A DNA stretch of 64,000 bases from an uncultured virus (IMG/VR IMGVR_UViG_3300004686_000002) (Duplodnaviria > Heunggongvirae > Uroviricota > Caudoviricetes): the IMG/VR virus record IMGVR_UViG_3300004686_000002, positions 1-64,000 of that record; one strand, given 5' to 3'. Positions 46,482 through 55,100 of the stretch are shown here, piece after piece. The translations under genes were made by a program, and so were the position numbers. The notes below the pieces were generated by a model, which did not search any database, was not told the origin of the DNA, and saw only the letters and a list, made by a program, of their open reading frames with translations. The first letter of the stretch is position 1, and the number at the start of each line of letters is the position of its first letter.

Positions 46482-46598
46482 AAAATAACTCTGTGTGATC
46501 ATCACCGTGATCTGTAAAAATAACACCCAGCATTAGGTTGTTTATCTTTACAGAGCGTGTTATGGGAATTACCCATACTCTACTCACAGAATTATTTT
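46482..46598 (-). ncRNA. Candidate structured RNA or leader (117 nt)
   Basis: 14-bp closing stem (G.U on the minus strand) plus internal hairpins. Confidence 0.55.
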
Positions 46599-46608
46599 AA
46601 AAGGTTTA

Positions 46609-46780
46609 GGCGCGTTCCTACCACGATGTCTGCAAACCTCGTGGTGAGGCGAATGATTTGTTCACGGTGGTTGCAGTATCCGTGAGATTGTCATTTAGTG
46701 TGGGGGTTGTGCCACACCAGTTTCCACCAATAAGTTGGAAACCCTTTCAATAAACTCGTCAGTTTATTCCTTGCTGCGCC
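46609..46780 (-). ncRNA. Candidate five-hairpin RNA with kissing loops (172 nt)
   Basis: GGCGC/GCGCC closing stem, five hairpins, complementary loops CTGCAA/TTGCAG. Confidence 0.65.
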
Positions 46781-46786
46781 ATTTTT

Positions 46787-46880
46787 TGCTCTCTGCTTTT
46801 CAGGCGGCCATGATTCCACCTCTTCCCGACTTGAGACGGTTTACGACTCTGGTTATAGTCCAGACTAATCGCAAGTAGCA
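46787..46880 (-). ncRNA. Candidate structured RNA (about 94 nt)
   Basis: TGCT/AGCA, ACTTG/CAAGT, TCTGG/CCAGA and AGGTGG/CCGCCT stems. Confidence 0.4.
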
Positions 46881-46888
46881 TTACAAAA

Positions 46889-47016
46889 ATAGATGGATCT
46901 GTGTGCCCGTTTGCTATGTGTCTCTATGCGGTGCTCGGCCGAGCAGAGCGCCATTGTACACACAATATCAGCCGTGGACCTTTAGCTAATTAGCGGACAC
47001 ACAGATCCGAATCTAT
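46889..47016 (-). ncRNA. Candidate structured RNA (about 128 nt)
   Basis: 15-bp closing stem GGATCTGTGTGTCCG/CGGGCACACAGATCC plus inner hairpin TGCTCGGCCGAGCA. Confidence 0.6.
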
Positions 47017-47056
47017 AAACTAAAAAATATAGCCTAACAAATCTTGTTATCAATTT

Positions 47057-47064
47057 ATTATACC
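47057..47064 (-). promoter_or_regulatory. -10 box (GGTATAAT) heading the RNA island
   Basis: About 40 nt upstream of the first structured element. Confidence 0.5.
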
Positions 47065-47190
47065 TGAAAAGTTAAGCTATATTATGGGGGGGTTATTTAT
47101 TTCCTGTCAGTGAATTAATTGCTAATCCTGAAATAATCAGGAGAACAAATGATGTAGCCACTAGGCAGAGAAGGTCTTCTTTTTTTCTGG

Positions 47191-47475
47191 TCATACTCCG
47201 TTAAGTAATTGGTTTAATCTTGCTATTTCTTTTTTGTCTTTTTTTCTTAAACAAAAAATGTCGTCCACCGAAACGTAAGTGTCGTCACTATTTTGAATTT
47301 TAACGATCTTCGTATCACTCTCTAGTACCTCTATTTTAGCCTTTGCTTGTTCGAGAGCCTGGGTGAGTTCGCCTATCGTATTCGTTAGTTGTACCGCAAT
47401 ATTCTCGTGTATATCAAGCCTAGTTTTAAGATTTTTATTTTCCTCTATAAGTTTATCAACTATTTCGTGACTCAT
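47191..47475 (-). CDS. Coiled-coil hypothetical protein
   Basis: Heptad pattern. Confidence 0.55.
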   Translation of the reverse strand: MSHEIVDKLIEENKNLKTRLDIHENIAVQLTNTIGELTQALEQAKAKIEVLESDTKIVKIQNSDDTYVSVDDIFCLRKKDKKEIARLNQLLNGV

Positions 47476-47639
47476 GTTTATTTAGTGTGGTTAGATACAC
47501 AAGGGTGCCTTCACGATCAAAAAATAAGTCATCCCAACCGTTTATGGTTAAGACTACTAGATTTTTGTCTTCTGGCCACTTTCTGTATGGTTTTTCTTTG
47601 AACCCCAATGCACTTGCTTCGGGGTTTGTTATTACTTTT

Positions 47640-47894
47640 TTATTCATTTATAAAAAGTATATATCCCGCTCTTCTTAACGCCTCCATATGACTTGTTCCT
47701 GTGTAACTTCCTGGCAGGTCCTCAAAGTCTAGAGGATTGCCGTACTTATCTGCGCCATAGATTGCTGTGTCTGGAATCTGTCCTTCTGAGGAGGACACAA
47801 TTATGTAATTGTGTCCTTTTAAGGGGGACGACAAACTATACAACCTAGAGTCTGAAACCCAATCTAATTTTTCTAAGAATTTTGCAACAAGCAT
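47640..47894 (-). CDS. Hypothetical protein
   Basis: ORF in a small operon. Confidence 0.6.
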   Translation of the reverse strand: MLVAKFLEKLDWVSDSRLYSLSSPLKGHNYIIVSSSEGQIPDTAIYGADKYGNPLDFEDLPGSYTGTSHMEALRRAGYILFINE

Positions 47895-47953
47895 TTAAAT
47901 AAATGGCGAAACATTGCCACTTATTAAGTTATACCAAAAAATAAGCGGAGTAA

Positions 47954-48646
47954 TTAAAGGGGGTACTGACTAGGAGCTGTGTATGTGTTGTGGTTTGTTG
48001 ATGTCCCGATTATATCAGCCGCAGGTGGCCAGGTGTTCTCTAGCTCTCCTCTATTAGGCAAACCGCCAGAGTTAGACGAGTTTTCTGGATGTTTGCTACC
48101 TGCGCTATACTCTACGTTAAAAATATATGTTAACAAGAACATGGTGCGGTCTTTAACGCCAGCACCTTTACCGACGTGTTCTTTAAGAATAACGTCTAAA
48201 TAGTACGAACCAGCAAAAAGATTCTGTGTGGTTGCTGACGGTATCCAGATCTGGTAGAACCCCACTCTATCTGTAGAATAAATTCCATTATCAATACTAC
48301 CTACCCATGTGGGAGTTAAAGAGTGAGGATCAGGCTTAACTACTACAGAAATTGTGTATTTATTGTGGTCTACCATTTCCCCAAGATAAACAAGCATACT
48401 ATCTAATACGATATCCTCTCCCTGATAATATGTATCAGGGTTTGGAACTCCTTGCTCATAAGGTACACCAGGAAAACCCCTATAACCTAGGGGTGAAACA
48501 TACTCCTGCAGCGGTGAATTTTTCCTGCACCTGATTATAGACTTTTTGCAATCTATAGATCCATCTATGCTCTCCAGGGGTAATGGTATGCTTTTACCTG
48601 CCGATGAATTTATATAATATGCAATATGCTGATTTTCTGGGTTCAT
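47954..48646 (-). CDS. Hypothetical protein, probably virion-associated
   Basis: Beta-rich (YQGEDI, GSYYLDV); start placed at the ATG at 48646, 7 nt after TATAAT. Confidence 0.55.
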   Translation of the reverse strand: MNPENQHIAYYINSSAGKSIPLPLESIDGSIDCKKSIIRCRKNSPLQEYVSPLGYRGFPGVPYEQGVPNPDTYYQGEDIVLDSMLVYLGEMVDHNKYTISVVVKPDPHSLTPTWVGSIDNGIYSTDRVGFYQIWIPSATTQNLFAGSYYLDVILKEHVGKGAGVKDRTMFLLTYIFNVEYSAGSKHPENSSNSGGLPNRGELENTWPPAADIIGTSTNHNTYTAPSQYPL

Positions 48647-48667
48647 ACTGCTTATTATACCCACTAA

Positions 48668-48985
48668 TTAAACGCAAATCATCTCTAATCTACCGTTTCC
48701 TGCAATCCGCTTGTAATAGCAAAGCTCATCTAGTCCAAGCACTCCTTTGATCGTCAAGAAATCGGCATCTGTGAGAGAAGATAATGTATTCTCAAGCATC
48801 TGTTTATTGATATCCGGGGTTATGATATTTTTAGAGCAATTGCAGCTTTTAACAGGGGCAGTACTCAACTCAGCGTTCTTGAATGTGGCAAACCTCGGTA
48901 GTTGCTGAAGAGCTGGAGTGGATTTGATCAAATTTAATATTTGATTAACACTTGTAAATACCATTTTTTTCTTAGGTGTATTCAT
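48668..48985 (-). CDS. Hypothetical protein
   Basis: ORF at the end of the tail operon. Confidence 0.6.
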   Translation of the reverse strand: MNTPKKKMVFTSVNQILNLIKSTPALQQLPRFATFKNAELSTAPVKSCNCSKNIITPDINKQMLENTLSSLTDADFLTIKGVLGLDELCYYKRIAGNGRLEMICV

Positions 48986-48995
48986 ATATGTATTT

Positions 48996-49898
48996 TTAAT
49001 TATTTGTAGGCAATAGCTGTACAGGAGAGCATAAATCAGATTCTAAGAATGTCAACCCTACAAATACTGTGTTGTTGTTAAGTCCTGTTTGCTGATTTCC
49101 AGAAATATCTGTATAGCTACCTAGCGGAGGAGATATATTTGTATCTTGTATAGGCTGTTGTACAGAATTCCCGTCTACTAAATAAATGTTATTGCCTTGC
49201 ACAAACTTGAAAATACCGTCGCTGTCTGGCGGAATTCCATTAATATAAGAAACAATATCTGGGCAATCATGATATTGGGGAGGTAAAAATCTTGTTGTGC
49301 AGTCCATTTGTAAGCCTAACGCATATGCCGCAGTCATGTTTATCAAACTATTATCAAAATTTATTTGATAGTTATAGCCAGGAATAAACTCCACGTCACC
49401 TGCAGTAGCTATTCCACTTATTGAAGTCAGGGGTAACGCCGGAGAAATATCTCCCGAGTTTGTGGCATAGTTGGGAGTTTGGTTAATACTTCTAACACCC
49501 AACCAAGCACCTCCAAATTCAAATACTGTGGCGGGCTCAACAGGTAGGTTGTATGTAGTAGGAGTATTTACAGGTATTTTTAAAAGCCCATCTCCTAAAA
49601 CTAAAAGACTGCCTGAGGAATTTCTGATATACAAAGGAAACTGTATGTCTGAAAACGTGTTTAAGTTGTTATCGATTAAACTATAGTAAAATGAATTTTC
49701 TGTAAAATTAATTGAAATATCTTTAGACACACTGCTTATTGTGATATCTATTAATTTAGCTCCAGATACGTTTGAAGGAGAATTTAAAATCAGCTGCAAA
49801 TCTAATATAGCGCTCTCTGGTAAACCATTAGCCGGAACGTCGTCAAGTAATGGATAATTCCTTAGGGAGTTTTCATTTAACCATTCTAGTGCTTCCAT
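48996..49898 (-). CDS. Tail/baseplate protein (NxxRxYP paralogue family)
   Basis: LEWLNENSLRNYPL N-terminus; INGIPPD..G motif. Confidence 0.65.
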   Translation of the reverse strand: MEALEWLNENSLRNYPLLDDVPANGLPESAILDLQLILNSPSNVSGAKLIDITISSVSKDISINFTENSFYYSLIDNNLNTFSDIQFPLYIRNSSGSLLVLGDGLLKIPVNTPTTYNLPVEPATVFEFGGAWLGVRSINQTPNYATNSGDISPALPLTSISGIATAGDVEFIPGYNYQINFDNSLINMTAAYALGLQMDCTTRFLPPQYHDCPDIVSYINGIPPDSDGIFKFVQGNNIYLVDGNSVQQPIQDTNISPPLGSYTDISGNQQTGLNNNTVFVGLTFLESDLCSPVQLLPTNN

Positions 49899-49899
49899 A

Positions 49900-50688
49900 T
49901 TACATAGATAATGTGGTCAATACTAAGTTAGAAGAACTAGCTCCGCCTTGACCGGCGACATATATTTCAAGATTTTGATTATTTATAGAATTAAACTTAA
50001 TAATATCATTTCCGCCTATGGTAATATTATTATTTTTAGGTTTTGTTAAGTTTATTTGTTTTAATGGATATATATTGTTAGTAGCCGGAGGAACACTATT
50101 TCCCACAGCATTAAACGTGATAGATGGAGGGGAATTAACGGCATTATAAAATATTGTGTTACCCCCTGCGGAGGTTTGATAAATTATTCCACCAATATCT
50201 GTAAAAGTGTCCGCTATGTCTTGATTTGCTCCTAATGAAATAAACCCGTAAGAGCTATCTAAAGTATACACCGCGTCATTGAGAGGGATGCTTTTTACTG
50301 TGGATGGTACGAATGGTATAGGTCCTCCTGTTAAAGCTCCAGCTATTAAGTTTTCACCTACATAACTGTTCCATGCTTTCAATGCACCAACGCCTATAGT
50401 TAAACAACCTATATATCTATCGCCACCATGGTCATAAAATCTTAAATTTTTAACGCCGGTTGAATAATCTGAATGGTTGTATGTGGCGGTAACTTCACCT
50501 AAGTCAAATAAGATATTAAATGTCATGTAGTCCGCACCAATAAGTACGTTTACAAAAGAGGGTACATAATTATCAAATTGTATAAACGAAGCATCTACAA
50601 TCAAATCGTTTATTTCAAACGGCAAAGTTAATGGATAATTTGTTAATCCATTCTCATTTTGCCAACCTAATGCAATATATTCAGACAT
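49900..50688 (-). CDS. Tail/baseplate protein (NxxRxYP paralogue family)
   Basis: LGWQNENGLTNYPL N-terminus. Confidence 0.65.
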   Translation of the reverse strand: MSEYIALGWQNENGLTNYPLTLPFEINDLIVDASFIQFDNYVPSFVNVLIGADYMTFNILFDLGEVTATYNHSDYSTGVKNLRFYDHGGDRYIGCLTIGVGALKAWNSYVGENLIAGALTGGPIPFVPSTVKSIPLNDAVYTLDSSYGFISLGANQDIADTFTDIGGIIYQTSAGGNTIFYNAVNSPPSITFNAVGNSVPPATNNIYPLKQINLTKPKNNNITIGGNDIIKFNSINNQNLEIYVAGQGGASSSNLVLTTLSM

Positions 50689-50691
50689 ATT

Positions 50692-52092
50692 TTATCTATA
50701 GTATATATATGGCTGCAGTGTAGACACTCCACCAGAAACAGAATCAAATGATACTGTAAAATGATCTCCGTTAGCAATGCCTATAAATGTATCATGATAC
50801 GTATAGTTACTATCGCTGGTGCTTCTAACAGTTACAGAGCTATTGGCTTTTACAACTACTCCGTAAAAGCCATTTAGGCTAACTCCATTTTTAAATAACG
50901 ATATAGTTAAATCTGCTGTACCTTTGTTTACATATACAACAGTCAGAGTATACTTGGGTGATGGAACACCGGAGATAGCCGCATATCCAACACTTCCTGT
51001 TGTTCCTTGGTTTGCAACAATCGGGCTATTTGGAGTTATGCTACTGTATGTAAAAAATTGCGGCCACCATACAAATTCTGGATCTACTGCAGAATAAAAA
51101 TTTGCAGGTTTGTAATTTGATTTTGTATAATAACTAGCCAAGCCAAGGGCACCTGTGGTTCCTGTTGGGGTAGTAGGATCCTGTAGGTGCCCTGAGTTTA
51201 TATAAATTGGCGCGGTTGGAGGCAACACTGAATTTCTAGCGTTACATAGAGTATTCAAAGTAATTGGTGCACCTGTAGAGGCAGAGAATGTTTCAGTTTT
51301 TAAGCCTCCTAAATATTCTAAAGTTCCTGAAGCTCCTAAATTTTGTTCGTTTTTAAATGTGATTGGTGAAATACCTACCATAAATAGATTTCCCTGCAAC
51401 TCCGGAACATAATTACTGTTACCTGAGGAGTCTACGGAATTTGAAGCTTGGTAGAATGGTGTGGCCCCATCTATATGTCTTATTACAGGAGTATTACAAT
51501 TATTAAAAATAGAAGATTTGTCGGCCAGGCTTGTTACACTCACGGTGTCTATCACACCAAAATTAATTTGATTATTATTTGGTCTGGATTTAATTATATT
51601 GGTAAGCACTCCAAAATTAACATTTCCCCTTAATTGTGCTCCATTGTTTTGTACACTAGTAACACCTGGCGGAGTGTAATAAAAAATAGTAGATTCTTCT
51701 AATTGCAGGGCTTCTGTATCAAAAGTATAAGTACCGGCCATGCTTGCAACTGCGTCAGCTGTGCCTATTATTAAGCTGCCGCTAGTGAATCTCATTGTTT
51801 CTGTTAAAGGAATGCTTGTGAAGTCACTAGTTATTGTTCCGTAAAACACACCTAATGTCTCAAAAAAAGAATTAGATAGCTGGCAAGCTAAAGTAACCCT
51901 TATATTCGAGCCATTCACATATACTTGCTTTATAAATATATTTTTACGATCGATTGTGGTTGTTATACTCGCCCCTACAAATAATTCATTTGTTATTTTT
52001 TTACCGTCTATAGAAGTCAATGAAGATCCTGATTTAAGAGGGTATCTCCTAAATTGGTTTTTGTTTAAAAAATTAAGAGTATTGATAGCCAT
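50692..52092 (-). CDS. Tail/baseplate protein (NxxRxYP paralogue family)
   Basis: LNFLNKNQFRRYPL N-terminus; T/S/G/N-rich. Confidence 0.65.
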   Translation of the reverse strand: MAINTLNFLNKNQFRRYPLKSGSSLTSIDGKKITNELFVGASITTTIDRKNIFIKQVYVNGSNIRVTLACQLSNSFFETLGVFYGTITSDFTSIPLTETMRFTSGSLIIGTADAVASMAGTYTFDTEALQLEESTIFYYTPPGVTSVQNNGAQLRGNVNFGVLTNIIKSRPNNNQINFGVIDTVSVTSLADKSSIFNNCNTPVIRHIDGATPFYQASNSVDSSGNSNYVPELQGNLFMVGISPITFKNEQNLGASGTLEYLGGLKTETFSASTGAPITLNTLCNARNSVLPPTAPIYINSGHLQDPTTPTGTTGALGLASYYTKSNYKPANFYSAVDPEFVWWPQFFTYSSITPNSPIVANQGTTGSVGYAAISGVPSPKYTLTVVYVNKGTADLTISLFKNGVSLNGFYGVVVKANSSVTVRSTSDSNYTYHDTFIGIANGDHFTVSFDSVSGGVSTLQPYIYYR

Positions 52093-52135
52093 CTGTATTT
52101 ATTTATATCTTAATTTAAAGCAGTTTTACAAGAGA

Positions 52136-55100
52136 TTAATAATTGCGACCAATTAACTGAAGTGTGGTGGTAGCTGGGATAATATTATAGTCAGTGCTGT
52201 TGCTAGGATAGAAAGTAGCTGACCAAGTATAGCTACCTCCGTAATCATACTCCGCATAATCTGGGGCATAAATGAATGTACCAGGAACAGAAGCAGTGGC
52301 TCCATAAGCCCCCGTAAACCAGGGAACACCTACGTGAGTTATTTGTGGCCAAGTAATTACCGGATCTTGTTTGGGTATACCTAGCGTAATATATATTACC
52401 TGTGCGCTGTATACCAAATTATCGGGAGATATAGATATCGAGAAAAGTCTATCTATATCATTACTGCTTGGGTTGCCAACTATGTTTCCATTTGCACTTA
52501 TCGATAATCCTTCAGGCAACCCTATTGCCTGAAATCCAAATGGAGGATTATCTGTGGTTATTGAAATTAATGGATTATCGTCTGTGTATGGTCCTGAATT
52601 TAAATAAACAGAAGGCATAATAGTGTATACATTCACATATACAGGGAAAGAATAATTTAGGCCCGGAGGTTTTACATAACTAACCTGACTTGTTTGGCTA
52701 AGGACTGGAATATTTACTGCTACCCCTGTTATGGTTACTAAGTTTGTTGTTGCTGGCACTACATTTATATGCACGGTTTTCGTGACGGGTATAAAATCAC
52801 TTGAGTTTGGCGTGAAAGTGACGTGTAGCGGAATATTTGTACCAACCATTAAAATTGTTCCTGGGACGGGATCATATACGTATTTACCCAAAACGTCAGT
52901 TGTGGCATTCAACTGGGCTCCAGGAATTAACTGTGTTTTATAAACTATATCTGCAGGATTATCCCAATTAAGTTGTGGTATGCCTTTCTGAATACTCAGT
53001 ACAAAATGGAATGCGCTTGATAATGTCCCATTATTATTAGCATATACAGTGACATTATAAATCGCGTTTAACTGACTAGCTACAGGGGTACCTATAATAT
53101 TTCCGTTGGTGTTTATAGATAGGGTATTTGGTAAACCTTGAGCGATGAAACCGGAAGCCAAGACATCCGTGTTTACTGTAAGTAGCGGATTATTGTCTGT
53201 GTATGGCCCCGCAGCCAGATAAACAGAAGGCAAGAAATTATAATATGTACCTGTTGAGCCTGTTGAACCGGTATGTGATTGATATATAGCTTGAGTTGTA
53301 GAAATTCCTGTTATTGCTATCGGGCCCCCTGCTGGGTTTACATTTATATTTACTGATGCCTCGGCTGTGTAATAGTCTACAGACGTAGGGGTAAATACAG
53401 TATTCAATGTGTTATGGATATGATTTAATACTGTCCCTGAGGCTGGAGAATATGTAAAAGTTCCGTCTACGTTTGAAGAGGCATTTAATTGGTCTGTACT
53501 CAAGGGAGTACCATAAGTTATTGGATTCGGAGAAGACCAAGTTAATACTGGGTGATTTTTCGGGGTTAAATCTAAAACAAAATTATAAGGAGGAGACTTC
53601 AAATAAAATGACCTTGGGCGATTATTTTGGTAATTATCATTACCTTGAGCGTATAGAGATATATAATATACCTTATTCAAATCTTGCGTACTTGGTGTAC
53701 CTATGATATTTCCTAGTCCTCCCACAGTTAAAGAAGAAGGTAGTCCTGTTGCGCTGTATGTATATACAGTAGAAGCAGCACCAAAAGAAAACAACGGGTT
53801 GCCTCCTGTGTAAGGTCCATTGTTTAAGTATTCAGAAGGATTAGGACTATATACAGGCCCGGAGGGTCCTGTGGCTGCAGAATAATATGAATTTAAAAAG
53901 CTTGCTGGGGTAAATGAAGTGATTTTATTAATCAATACAGTTAAATTGTTTGTAACTGTAGCTGAACCATAGTCTTCACTGTCTGGGGTAAATACTGCTG
54001 TTATGGTGTTATTGCCTACGTTGAATACTGTGCCGTAATCCGGGGTATATGTGAAAGATCCCGCCACGTCAGCTGTTGCGTTTAATTGCACTTCGGTTAT
54101 AGGTGTACCATAAACCACAGGATCTAGTGCAGGCCATGTAATATTGGTGGGTATTGGTTGTATAGATAGCGTAAAATTGAATGGAGGGGGATCGTTATAA
54201 TGAGCACCGGATTGTGGATAATAAACAACAGTATTAACTAAATTTATAGTAACGTTGTATGTTTGGTTTATTTCTGAAATCTGCGGATAGCTACCAACAA
54301 TCTTTCCAGTATTAGTTATTGTTAAAGAATTTGGTAGTCCTGTGGCAGTAAAAATATAACCACCAAAGTTGTGATAATCCGCAAGCGAAATTAAAGTATT
54401 TACAGTAAATAAGGGGTTATCTTCTGTATATGACGAGTTTAAATAAACAGAAGGTAATATGTTATATGAAGGACCTGAACCTCCAGTAGCTCCTGTACTA
54501 GACTCAAAAGTTTGGTCTGAAGATAACCCTGTTATGAGGTTAGGCGTAATAACAAGAGATACAGATTTTGTGGAGCCTGCTACATTTATATCTGACGATA
54601 CGTATTCCGCGGTTAGAATGTTTGTTCCTACGTTCAATACATCTCCTAATTGATAATTATAAAGTAATACTCCACCCTCGGTGTATATATCAAACGATGC
54701 ATTTAATTGCTGGTCTGTTAACGGGGTACCATAAATTATAGGATCTGGGGTGTCCCAAAATACATGTGACTTTCTTGGTTCAAATGCCAGTATGCAATTG
54801 TATGGGGGAGATTGGTTTCCTAAAGAATCCACAGCAGTTATAGACAACCCATAGCTCTTGTTTAGCATATTAGGTAAAACTGTTCCAATTAAGGCTCCAC
54901 TGTTATCTATTGTTAGTAGTGGGGGAAGCCCAGGGTAATATGGAGGAGTTAGTGTGATTGGTAAATCCGGCCATGCAGGGCCTGATGAGCCTGATGAGCC
55001 TGTAGGACCTGGAAATGTTGTGGAATATAAAGATATTTCCCAGCTAGAAAATGTTCCACCATTACCCCCAACACTGCTAACTGATATCGTCATACGGTTT

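Noticed and set aside
46735..46765. CTGACGAG...GAAA on the minus strand resembling a hammerhead ribozyme core
   Set aside because: CTGACGAG sits in a perfect hairpin, and stems II/III with a cleavage triplet cannot be built
46609..46780. Lysine riboswitch (similar size, kissing loops, TGAAAGG)
   Set aside because: No AGAGG.GC start or loop-E AGUA motif, different helix order, and no lysine-related gene downstream
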